Positions 34,602 to 45,611 of a stretch of DNA of 64,000 nucleotides are shown here, piece by piece; the stretch's first letter is position 1; the number at the start of each line of letters is the position of its first letter. The stretch comes from Hyaloraphidium curvatum SAG 235-1. Taxonomy: Eukaryota; Fungi; Monoblepharomycota. The DNA is taken from NCBI GenBank assembly GCA_025558095.1, contig JAIVFI010000006.1:744001-808000 (forward strand), written 5' to 3'. Below the pieces are notes generated by a model. It was given only the letters and a program-made list of their open reading frames with translations. It did not search any database and was not told where the DNA came from. The position numbers were made by a program, and so were the translations under genes.

Positions 34602-36181
34602 ATGACCGCCGCCGCCGACTTCTCGCCCGAGGAATGGCTCGCGATCGTCCCCGCGGCGCTCCAGCCTCCGCCGCCGATCCCCGGCCCGCTCAAGGCGCCC
34701 GCCGACCCGGCGGCCGCCGCCCGCGCCGAGCGGCCCCTCACGGGGCCGGCGATGCTATCCGCCGTCCGCTCCTTGAGCGCGGGCCTCGCGGCGTGGCTCG
34801 ACGCGCAGTTTGTCCTCGCGCCGTTCAACGCCCGCGTGGGCCTGCGCTACGGGGCCGCCGCGGTCTTCGGGCTCGCGCTGTGCCCCGCGTTCGTCGTGCT
34901 GAACGACGGCCGCTTCCCCCCGCGGGCGCTGGGCTGGGGCATCGCGGCGTACTGCCTGCTCATCTTGCTGTCGCACGGGGCCGTCATGCGGGCCGCCTGG
35001 AGGTCGACCGTGTTTGGCAACGCAAAGGCGGGGAGCGCCCCCGCCGATCCGGACCTCGGGGCCCACGCCTTCGCCCCGCTGGCACGCTGGAAGCAGCTGC
35101 TTGACTCGGAGGGTCTCGCACCCGGAGCAGCCGACAGTGACGTGGAGCTCGGCGGGCGTGGAACACCGTGCCCTGCACGAAGATCGCGCCTCGTCGCCCA
35201 CCGCGACGGCGACCCGCTCTGCCCGTGCCCCCTCCCCTCGTGCGCCGGCAACCTCGCCCGCGCCGCCGCATGGTCGCGCACGGCCGAGATCGGCGTCCGC
35301 TACCTGTTCAGCGTCGGCGGCCAGGCCATGGCGGCCTACACCCTCGCCGCCACCTTCGCCCCGCGCTTCTGGACCTCCTGGTTCTGGGCCCTGCTGGGCG
35401 CCCTGTACTTTGCGGGCGTGGTGTGGGCCACGATGCTCGGCGGGCTGGGGAGGGTCTCGGCGTCGTTCCCGGCGATGGGGCTCGTGGAGAGGCTGCACGT
35501 CCGGGCCACGTCGATCGCGCTCGGGTCGCTCCTCGACCGCCTGGAAGCCCAGCTGGCGGGCGATGTTCCTGCAGGGGCTGGGGAAGGGGAAGCGGGCGCG
35601 CGCAAGGGGGAGGAGGAGCTCTACGTGCGCCTCCATCTCGTCCTCTCGACCGTCTGGCAGAAGCGCATCCCGGGGCTCTGGACGGGCAACGCCGCCACCT
35701 TGTCCATGTTTGCCGCCGTCGCCCTCATCTGCATCTTTTTCAACATCGTGGGTTTGCTCGCCGCCACCACAACGCGGGCCTCTGACTCCCCCCACAGATC
35801 GGAGGGCTCTGCATCCCCGCCTACGCCCTCTCCATCTCCGCCTTTGTCCTCTCCATCTTCCTCCTCGACCTCTCGGGCATCGCCGCCGGCAACTCCCAGA
35901 TCCGCTCCGTCTCCGCCCTCTACTCCTCCGCGCAGCAATCCCTCCGCCGCCTGGCCCTCCTGCACCCATCCCACCCCCTGCTCCCCGCGCTGGACCGGCA
36001 CGACCGGATGCTCGGCTCGTTCACGGACGCGCGGGCGTACGAGATGCGGTTCTGGGGGTTCGCGGTCGGGTACGGCACCGTGAGGACGATCGCGGCGACG
36101 GTGCTGACGGTCGGGTTCGGGCTGTGGAGCGTGGCGAGGGGCAGCGGGGTGTACGTGACCCCCGAGACGGTGTGCTACTGA
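34602..36181 (+). CDS. 7-TM family member C; 1 intron
   Basis: DFSPEEW, LNDG, PLARWKQL, HRDGDPLCPCPLPSC, ERLHVRA, ELYVRLHL, FWGFAVGYGTVRT...ETVCY*. Confidence 0.82.
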
Positions 36182-36284
36182 GGCGGGGCTGCCGTTGCCA
36201 AGCTGATTGCTGACGTGGCTGCTTCCACCGTCTGTACCGCATTCAGGAGGGTTGGGCAGGAACTGGACAGGCAGGAGGCATGAT

Positions 36285-36362
36285 CTGCGCGGGTTCAAGG
36301 GGTGCTCGCGCTGCAAGCTCGCGTTTTGCTGCTCGCGCAAAGGACTGGAAGGAGCACTGCGT
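36285..36362 (+). pseudogene. MYND finger remnant
   Basis: FKGCSRCKLAFCCSRK, then DWKEH in a shifted frame (ECQ segment deleted). Confidence 0.55.
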
Positions 36363-37018
36363 GATGTGCAAGCTGGACGGATGACGTGCTCAAGAGGGGT
36401 TTCGTGGCGGTGACGTGGTCGATGATGTGGCCCGGCGCGGACCAGGACGGTAGAGCAGAGCGACAGGTGGACGTGATGAAGTTTACTACATGGGAAGTAG
36501 GACCGAGTCTGGTTCACTGATTCCAGGTCGCGCGGCGAATTGCTCTGATTCCAGGTTGGCTGGCTGCCGGCTTCAGGGGTCGCTCCCCCCGCCGCTACTT
36601 CCCTTGCTAGCAAAATGGGTAGTGAGATCCCCTGCGGGGGGCTTCCGGGCCGGTGGTGGCCGGACCCCGGGTGGAGCGCGCGCCCCTCACGCGCTGCACC
36701 CCTCGGCGCCCTCAACCGCAGCCACGGTCGACGGCGACGGACATGAGAATGGCGGACATGAAGGGGGACGGCGGCGGCAACACGGCTGAGGGGTGGGAGG
36801 GCGGGCGGCATGCCGGGACCGCGGTACCTTCTCACGCCCGGCGCTCCCCGCGACAGGTTCGACGCGCAGGAGGCATTTGCCGACAAGGAGCGCGAGGAGG
36901 ACACGTACGACGATCTGCCTATGTCTAAATCCCAGTCCGACGTCATTTTGTCTTCACTCCCGGAGTAATCTCTCATCGTCGATTGGGTGCGTGCAGTTCC
37001 GGAATGTGGTCGCGCCGA

Positions 37019-37742
37019 TCAGGTCGAATCCGCGTCCAGCTGCCTGCACAACTTGCTGTGCTGCGGCCAATGCAGACGCTGGCATTCCTTCGAGCAGTAA
37101 TGAGGGAGTTTGCACGCCGAGCACCGCTTGAAGTTGTCTTTTGCCGTTCCCGGGAGCAGACGACGCTGTCGCTCTTCTCGCCCGCCAGCTTTTTGTCCTT
37201 GCCGATCTGTCGCAATTGACGGAGTGCTCTTTCGAAACAATCGGCACCGGCGCCGGAGCATGAGAGCACCGTCGTCTTCTTGAAGCCGAGCTCGGCGCGG
37301 AATGGTCCCTCCATGTGGCACGCCGATCTCACGCAATGCGAGGTGTCCATGGCTTCCAAGCCGCAACGCAGTCCGCAACCAAAGCATCGTTGGCTTGCGC
37401 TCTGTCCATTGGTCCTCCCACGCGCGCCCTGCAGTGTCCAACACAGAGGCAGCCCGTTGGATCCGCGGCAAGAGCGTCCTTGTTCACCGCAAAAAGAGCG
37501 TCCCTGATTTCCGGGCCCTGGTTCGCCCCCTCGAACAGCACGAGACGGTACGCGGTGAGCGCCTCTTTCCGACCAACGCGCCCATTGGAGGCGATGGGTC
37601 CGCGCACGCGTGGCTTGGCGGCGCCCAGCATGACATGCAGAGCCTCGCCCGTTTGGAGGTGGGTTTCGTGCAGGCGGCGGGGTCTGAAAAGGGCAGGAGT
37701 TTGCGGACGGATTGGGACCGCGGGACCGTGGTTTCGAATCAT
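37019..37742 (-). pseudogene. MYND zinc-finger gene with two apparent frameshifts
   Basis: KPRVRGPIASNGRVGRKE (paralogous to 42788), RCFGCG...CFERALRQL and FKRCSACKLPHYCSKECQRLHWPQH lie in different frames. Confidence 0.7.
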
Positions 37743-37829
37743 CAGGCCCGCTGTTGGCTTGACACCGCAAAGCTGAGGCCAAAAAAAACGAGATTCATCG
37801 ACGACGGCTTACGCAACTCGATGATAGAG

Positions 37830-39005
37830 CTACGCCGGGCAGAAGCTCTGGGGAGTCAGCGTGACGCCCAACCCCCTCAGCACGCTCCACAGCGCCACGG
37901 CGACCGTCACGATGGTGACCAGCATCGTCCGCACCGTCCCATACGAGACCACGAACCCAAACAAGCGAGCCCTACCCGCTGTGGCCGCGACGAACCCCTC
38001 CAGAGCGGATACATGCAGCACGATCTCGTCCGCGAGCGGTCCGGGGCCGGCACGGAGCATGAGCAACCGCAGCTCGCGCTGCGCGTCGCGGTACAGGCCA
38101 TCGACGGTAACGAGGAGCAAGTTCCGCGCGGCGAGGTTGACGGCGTTGATGGTGAACCAGAGGACCACGTGCCCGAGGTATAGGATACCCCAGACGTTGA
38201 GGCACCATCCGATGGCCTGTTCGCGGGCGTCAATCAGATGGGCTCTCGACCAAGAAAATATAACCCACCGCCATGAGCAAAGCGCACAAAACTAGAAGCG
38301 GGGCCTGGATAAGGCCGTACAACCTGCTCAACAAGCTCTGGTCTTGGAGGTCTCTCGAGCGGCAGAGGGCGACGAACCTGTAATGGAGTCGAACGTAGAG
38401 CCATTCTCCCCTTTCCAAGACGCGGTGCTGGAAGGCCGGTGGCCAAGGATTCGCGGAAAGTCGACAGGAGATCCCGCACTGACAGGCCTGCAGCACGAGT
38501 GTGAAGGCGCCGCTCGAGTCTGCGGTAGGCGAGGTTGTTGACAAGCTTGTACCTGTTTGTCCATTCGAGAAGATTGGCGCACAAAGCAATTGCTGAAGAA
38601 AGTTACCTCATTGTCCGTTCTCCCGTTGCAAGCACGCTGGACCAAACGTAAAGGGTGAGAAGTGCAATGCCCCAGGAGGTGGACGACCGGGGTCTGGACG
38701 GCAAAAAACAAGATTGCATCAGAGAACCCAAGATTAATGACCACATCAATGAGGCCAAGCCATCCCGCGGAAAGCTGAATGCTTCGCCCGCAGGAAGCAC
38801 AGGTGCACCCGCGGTCGCCGGCCACGTGCTCCACTAGCCGCGCCGGAATTCCTCCTTTGGGCGAATCCGTTCCCGGCGCTCGCACGAGCCGAAGCCAGCG
38901 AAAGAGACCAGCGAACGTGTCCACGGGGGCAGAGGGCGCCGGAAACAGGGCCGTCCACTCCGCCGGCGTGAAATCGGTGGCCTCGACGCGTCGCACTTCG
39001 GCCAT
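37830..39005 (-). pseudogene. 7-TM family member D: inverted, degenerate duplicate of member B
   Basis: Identical N-terminus MAEVRRVEATDFTPAEW...VDTF joins directly to AGLFRW (TM1-2 deleted); frameshifts near 38.68 kb and 38.41 kb; 3' exon nearly identical to B. Confidence 0.8.
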
Positions 39006-39206
39006 TGTCGGGCGGAAGGTTCTCGGCGGAAGCGAGGGATTTGCCCCAGCGTTACCGCCGCGGCGCCCACGTATCTCTCTCCGATGTGGAGTGCCGAAGT
39101 AGCAACGGCGTAGGTCCAGGACAACGGCAGAAGAAGCTCCGATGAACACTCCATTGACGACAGCTTCAATTGCCAACACAGATTGTCCGACAGGTCGACT
39201 GCCCCT

Positions 39207-40424
39207 TCAGATGTACTTGCCGCCGACGAGGTGGGGCTCCACCGGGCGTTCCGTGTCCTCGAGCACGTCGGGGTACTTGCGCACGATGTACTCGTAGGTC
39301 GGCTGTCGGTTTCGAGGATCACCAGAAGACAACGGTCAGCACCGAGACAATGCTCACCACCGCACCGGCAAACCGACCTGGAAAAAGAACCACGCCCCCA
39401 GCACCGTGCTCGAGCTCCCGTCCCTCGTCCTGACCGCCACGTCGTGCGGCAGCCAGCTCTCCCTGAGGCTCGCGCCCGCCGCCGCGGCCTCCGCCATCAT
39501 CTGCACCCCCGCGTTCTCCTCCGCCGAGTAGTACCACCAGCACATGTCCGCCACGCTCGCTCCCGCGGCCAGGAACCCGTGGTTGCGCAGGATCACCAGC
39601 CTCGTGCCCCCCTCCAGCAGCCGCCCCAGCTCCTCGCCCTCCTCGGCGGCCAGCACCACTCCGGAGTAGACCTCGTGCACGGCCTGGCGCTCGTAGAAGC
39701 CGCACGCATCCTGGTTGATGGGCTCCAGCACGCGCTCGCGGACGGTCTGGCCCGCGTGGGGGGGGAGCGAGGAGAAGGCCTTGCCCTTGGGGGAGTGGCA
39801 GTGCAGGATGGAGACGATCTCGGGGCGGGTGCGGAAGATGCCGGCGTGGATGGCGAAGCCGGCGGCGTTCACTGCGAAGCGAAGCGGGGGGATCGGAATT
39901 GGTGAGCTTTGTCACTCCGAGGACGTCGAGCAGGAGACCCACTAGGCCTGTTCCCGTGGATCACCTCGCCGGCCTGGTTGATGAGGAGGAGGTCGCCCGC
40001 CCGCATCTCAGTGAACGCCACGGCGAGAGGGCTTTCGTAAGGGGGGCAGGGGGGGGAGAGCGTGAGCGGAACTAAGGATAGAAGTCCTGCGAACCCACTT
40101 CATCCAGAAGCAGTCCGGAAACTCCGGGTCGCGCACGGTGGCGTGCCCCGCGATGCCCATGTCCCAGCCGAGCTCGCCCCACCAGCGGAACGCGGCGGCC
40201 AGCTGTGCCTTGCGGAAGAAGCGCTCCTCCTCGACCGTGCTGAACGACGGCCGCCGCGGGATGAAGCGCGGCGTGCGGTGCGCGGCCTCGACGTGCTGAG
40301 ACGCGCGCGCGCGGGCGGCGGCGGAGAGGGAGGAGCCGGGCGAGGCGGGGGCGGACTCGGCGGCGAGCTTCACGGAGCCCGCCGTGGCCGTCGCCGTCTC
40401 CGTGGTTTCGGTGCCCGACGGCAT
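39207..40424 (-). CDS. Class II aldolase/adducin-family protein; 3 introns
   Basis: LAAAFR, GHATVRDP, NAAGFAIH, HCHS, ILRNHG. Confidence 0.88.
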
Positions 40425-40580
40425 TTCGCGGTAAGGAGGGAACTGAAGCTCCCGAAATCAACGATTGGAGGGCGCCAAGGCGGCCTTGAAGCGGGCGGAA
40501 GTCGATTGCCACCGCGTGAAAGGGAACCACCACCGCTCGCGGGAGACAGCGTGGCGTCACATCTCCACCCCGAAGCACCG

Positions 40581-42083
40581 ATGGCGGCGCCCGGAAACAT
40601 CCCGTTCCCGGTCCAGCATCTCGCTGCCTTTGACCGCCGGCGGCCCGGGACCGTGCAGGAGCGGCTGCAGGCCGCCGAGGCGCTGTTTTCGACCGCGAGG
40701 GAACACGGCTTCCTCTACGTCCGCTACGACCCCTTTATCGAGCAGCGGGACGTGGACGCCATGTTCGACGTCGGGAAGGACTTTTTGTGGGTTTGCCCTG
40801 GGGCGGAAGCGGAGGGGAAGGGCCTGAACGCTTCCCTTGTCTCTCCTCCCCCTTGTGTCCTCTCCCCGCCGGCCCCTTTCTTCTCCTTTGTCCCTGCTCC
40901 ATTTCTTTTCTCTTTCATCTAGTGCTATGCCGCGGGACGACAAGATGCGGTGGAAGATTCCGGGAGATTACTACACCTACAAGGTCGGGAACGACGCGGG
41001 AATGTCAGGGTTTCCTTGTGTTGACACCCCGCGTGTCCGTGGCCCCGACAGCCTGCCGACGAGAAGATTTCCTACAAGGGCATCGGTGCGACGGCGAACG
41101 ACCTGCCAGCGGGCGTGCAGGCCGAGGACAACAAAGGCAGGTCGCCCTTCCTGTGCGGCACGGACAGCTGCTGATACTGCGGATCCTCGCAGAGGTCTAC
41201 AACCTCCCTAAATGGTCCGCGGAGTGGCACCGGACGAGTGGGGCGAAGCTACCGCCGTCCATGGAGCGGAATCGGGCTCTCGTCGAACGATTCCAGCGGG
41301 TGGGCATGTCGATCGCTGCAACGCGACATTGCGCCTAACCGTCATTGTCAAGTCCTGTCACAACGTCGTCGTCGCCATCCTCGACGCCCTCTCCATCGGC
41401 CTCCGCGTCCCCGACTCCCCCTCCGGCCCCGGCGAGACCTACCTCTCCCGCACGGCGCACAACTGGCCCGAGCCCGCGTGGACCTTCACCCGCTGGCTGC
41501 ACTACCCGCCGCTGCCCCCCGGTGCCGACACCACCGACGCCATGCAGCGCACGGGGCAGTTCCGCAACCCGGGGCACACGGACGTCGGCCTCATGACGCT
41601 GCTGTTCCAGCAGGACGTGGGGGGCCTGCAGTACCGCGCACCGGACGGAAAATGGACCGATGTGCCGATCGTGGACGGATGCATGGTCGTCAGTGGGTGT
41701 TCCCGCCGCCCATTCTGTCAATCGTTTCGTTGCTGACCGCCCACCGCACGGCAGACGTCGCCGATACCATGCAGGTCTGGACAGCCGGCCTCCTCCCCTC
41801 CGTCTTCCACCGCGTCGTCTCCCCCCCCTCCCTCCACGCGGCGCAGGAGCGCCGCAGCATGACCTATTTCGCCTACGGGGACAACCGCACGCCCCTCCGC
41901 CCGATCCCGAGCCCGCTGCTCACGCAATCTTGGCCCGAGGTGTACAGGCTGCACGGACTGGACGTGGTGATGCGGGAGAACGCGACGATGGGGGAGTTTA
42001 CGGCCAGGAGGAGCGGGCAGAACAGGCCGGGGCTGGTGGGCGCGGGGACGGGCGGGGGGGAGGGGGTTGCGGCGAGGATGTGA
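40581..42083 (+). CDS. 2OG-Fe(II) dioxygenase, IPNS/DIOX-like; multi-exon
   Basis: HGFLYV, RWLHYPP, HTDVGLMTLLFQQDVGGLQ, HRVV, RRS; ends ARM*. Confidence 0.88.
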
Positions 42084-42149
42084 GGCGTCGGTGGAGGCGT
42101 CGGGGTTTTCCGTGCCGTGCCGGTCGGGGACCTTGTTCTGCATATATTT

Positions 42150-42535
42150 CCCAGTCTGGAATCAGTTGTCATCGAATCGTAAGCAGCCACGCCGTGCTGA
42201 GCACTGTAGCTCTGGCCGATGAAGGAAGCGACGACGTGGCGGACAAACTCTGCGCCTTCCGCCGGAAGACTGCGGTCTGTTGCGGTGGCGTTGGGACCGA
42301 GTGCTTCAAAAAAGTGCTACGGCAGCTGAGAACCCGCCTGCAGCGCGGATCGGAGTCGCAGTGTTCCCTTGAGACTGCCTGCTCGAACCCGGAGTGCGGC
42401 CGCGGCGGAGCCGGGCAGGAGCTCAAGCGCTGTTCCGGCTGCAAATTCGGAGTTTACTGCTCGAAAGAGTGCCAGAGAACCCATTGGCCAGCCCACCGCA
42501 AGCAGTGCGTGCAGCCGGACGCGGACGGGGCCTGA
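42150..42535 (+). pseudogene. 5'-truncated MYND zinc-finger gene
   Basis: VCCGGVGTECFKKVLRQL...CSNPEC...KRCSGCKFGVYCSKECQRTHWPAHRKQC; no in-frame ATG after the upstream gene. Confidence 0.6.
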
Positions 42536-42787
42536 TCGTTCGCGGCGGAACAGGAAGCGCGATCTGTGACTCACCGCACCCGTTGGGCAGCCGGCCTCCA
42601 AAGCTATGAAGAGCAGGCACTAGATTGATGCTGTAGGTTTCCATAGAGAGCGTGCACTGCCCTGGCGCCTTAATTCGTTTTGCGCCGAATCCCTGCGACG
42701 CGCGACGCGCATGCGGCAGCAAAAACTGTAGAACCAGAACCTGCAGCCCAGCGGCATCCATACCAGCGGCCCGCTGCCCATCTTGAA

Positions 42788-43438
42788 ATGCAGACCGCCA
42801 CGGAAAAGCCCCGCGTTCGCGGCTCCATCACCTCGAATGCCCGTGTCGGGCGCAAGGAGGTTCCCGCCTTCTTCAATGTAGAGCTGCACGTCGGGGGAGA
42901 GCCGCTCCCCCGGCTCCTGGATGCGACCTTTGCCGTCAACCGCGCAGCGGTGCCCGAGGAGTTCCGGGACGGCGAGCTCACCGTCGCGCTGCAGCGGGTC
43001 TGCGGGGAGTGGTGCCACGAACGGCTTCTCCCTCTCGACGTGCGATGCTTCTCGTGCGGGACCCGCTTCGGACCCGGACTGAGCAAAGCTGCGCCGAGCC
43101 TCACGTCGACGTCAAGCGAAGGCAATGCTGCGGGACAAGTCAGGGTCGTGTCCAGGTGCTTCATGGCGGTCACTTGCGATCCGCTCCTGGGGACCAACTG
43201 CGCCGATCCTGCACGACGTCACCTCAGCAAGCTGCAGAAGGAATGGCTGAGCGAAAATGCCCATCCGGTCCTCCGGCACCTCTGCTCCAATCCCGCATGC
43301 GCCAAGCACGGGACGAAGGAAAGCTTCAAGCGCTGTGCGGTGTGCAAGCTGGCGAATTGCTGCTCGCGGGAGTGCCAGAAGGCCGATTGGCCCGAGCACC
43401 GGCAGAACTGTCGCCAGGATGAGAAGGACATGGCTTGA
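42788..43438 (+). CDS. Intact MYND zinc-finger protein
   Basis: KPRVRGSITSNARVGRKE N-domain, RCFSCG, CSNPAC...FKRCAVCKLANCCSRECQKADWPEHRQNC. Confidence 0.8.
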   Translation: MQTATEKPRVRGSITSNARVGRKEVPAFFNVELHVGGEPLPRLLDATFAVNRAAVPEEFRDGELTVALQRVCGEWCHERLLPLDVRCFSCGTRFGPGLSKAAPSLTSTSSEGNAAGQVRVVSRCFMAVTCDPLLGTNCADPARRHLSKLQKEWLSENAHPVLRHLCSNPACAKHGTKESFKRCAVCKLANCCSRECQKADWPEHRQNCRQDEKDMA

Positions 43439-43711
43439 TTTCCCTTCGGGCTAAGGAGGCAGTCGACCCGCACCGTGGCCTATCCGTTCTCGCTGTTCAT
43501 TCGGCGCGAAGCTGCAGGAGAGCGCACCAGAAAAACAGTTACACCATCACGGCAAGTGTTCCAGGCAGGCGGACGCGGATGGGGCCCGATCGTGGAATGG
43601 CGGCGATCGGTGAATCCGCGCGGGGCAGAAAGCAGGCAGCTTGACTTTCGAAGCTCTTGAAGTCTAAGCGCTAGATCATGTACTGTAGAGGATCTCCAAG
43701 AAAAGCGAGCG

Positions 43712-44151
43712 GTGTCGCGATGCGTTTCTGTTCTACGTCGAGGACCGTCCGTCCTTGCTGACGTAAGTGCGGATCCTTTTGCGATTCCAGCGTTCGGAAG
43801 TTCGGTCCCTCGCGACCTGGCCGACGCAGACCAACTCGGCTATCACGTTTCAGCGTCGGATGGCGACCTCGAGGGGCGGATCCGGAACGGACTGCTACGA
43901 AACTGGGCGCCGCTACATCAGCAGATGAAGAAAAGCGAGAGAACCGAGAGCACACCGAGAGCCTCGACGTGCCGCAGACCTTCGTGTCGACAATCCGTCG
44001 TGCCCCGCCAAGCTTTTCCGTCGTCCCACTGAGGAGTTCAAGGGTTGCTCGTTGTGCAAAGCGCCGCGAGTACTGCTCGAAGCAGTGTCAGAAGATGCAC
44101 TGGCCCGTTCATCGCCATTCATGCCTGCGGTCGGACGTAGATTCGGCGTGA
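43712..44151 (+). pseudogene. MYND zinc-finger pseudogene
   Basis: CRRPSC; FKGCSLCK and REYCSKQCQKMHWPVHRHSC are separated by a one-base frameshift at about 44059. Confidence 0.65.
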
Positions 44152-44548
44152 TCGTGCGGTGGGACTCCACCACCAGCGGCACCAGATCGACGAAACAGCT
44201 CATCGCCCGCAGCTAGCGGACAACTTGGAACTGGGCAAGCTAAAAAGGCGCGACAGAACAGCACGGTAACGGGTATACTCGTGTCAAGGGCTTACTATAG
44301 AGCGTGTAGAGCAGTGGCCGGCAGTGTCAACAGGCAGCATGCGTCCAAAGAGCCCGCGACCGAAAGATTCCACGCCGTGCCATGCAGAGTTGAAACACCA
44401 TCTATTTGTCTTTGACAACAAAGGTTGAAATGAGGTAGAAAATGAGCCTGTCCTAGTATGTGAAATCCGAAGCCAAAACAAGGTCTGGAGAGGCCAAAGG
44501 CGTCATCGATCAGCGCCAGTCTGTGGCACGCACAGCTTTATCTCACCT

Positions 44549-45213
44549 TTAGGTGGCGCAGTTGGCGAGGCCGTCCGCTTCCGGGTTCGGGCAAGCGCCG
44601 CGATCCTTCTGGTACCAAAGGTACGCACCCGTCTCTGGAGACCACTTTGTGCACTCTGAGCCGGCGTAAAGCTTGCACGAGCCATTCCCGCTGTTCCACG
44701 AGAAGTTTGCGCAGTTGTTGTTGGCGTCGCACAGGGCCTCGCAGGCGCCGCTGTCGATCGTGGTCGACGACGATAGATACGCCGTGCCGCAGCCGCAAGT
44801 GCCTCCATCCAAGCAACCGTATTCACCGTTGGCGTCGTAGCGGCGGAGGAGAGAGCGGGATCCCTTGCTGTAGCTGACGCAGGCGATGGAGCCTGCGGGG
44901 GTGCCTGGGTAGCCAAACTCGCTGCAAGAGCCGTCAGCTCCCGCGTGACGGCAACGCCAAGGCGGAAGGCAATACCAGTAGGCGGCGGCGTCGCAATCTC
45001 CGCAGGAGCGCTTGAACAGGACCGTAGTCGCCGTTGCGGGTGCGGCGTCAGAGTGCCTGGGACCGCGGAGGGGGGTGGGGAGAGGAGTCAGCCAGGTCAG
45101 GACCGCCGCACTGGCGGGAGCTGCCCGCGCCAGACTCACGGGACGAGCGCCAAAGCGGCGGCGGCGAGCACGGCCAGGCGGAGGCCGCCGAGCGAGAAGT
45201 GCAAGCGAGTCAT
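44549..45213 (-). CDS. Secreted Cys-rich protein with PAN/apple-like domain; 1 intron
   Basis: Signal MTRLHFSLGGLRLAVLAAAALALVP; CEALCDANNNCANFSWNSGNGSCKLY. Confidence 0.72.
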
Positions 45214-45611
45214 TGTACGTGGGCGTGACGAAATGGGGGACCGGCGGCAAGGAGCGTGGCGGAACCCAAACAAAGAGTCGGAGGGCGAGCTGGCGGTCTC
45301 CGGAGTGCCGACCCAGCGGTTGGGCCGGTTGAGAAGCGGTCACCGGGTCGGTCGGTGAGATTTGAGTGTGGGAAGGCAGATGGCCCTGTGTCCCTATCCC
45401 CAGCCCCGACGACCCTCAACACCAGCCTCCAATTTTCACCCGCTCGGGACGAGGGACAGGGGTTGGCGGAGCGTTTGTGCGCACATTCAGGGCCATTCAT
45501 CTGAGCGCCTGTGGGAGTGCAGCACGGTGCTCTTTGACCTGCCTCCGCCCCCGTCGCTGCTCTTTTCCCGGCGTTTGGGCCACTGTGAACAGGCGTTCAA
45601 CTTCGCATAGA

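Noticed and set aside
30618-39005. Inverted arms as transposon terminal inverted repeats
   Set aside because: The arms are gene paralogues; no transposase or target-site duplication was seen
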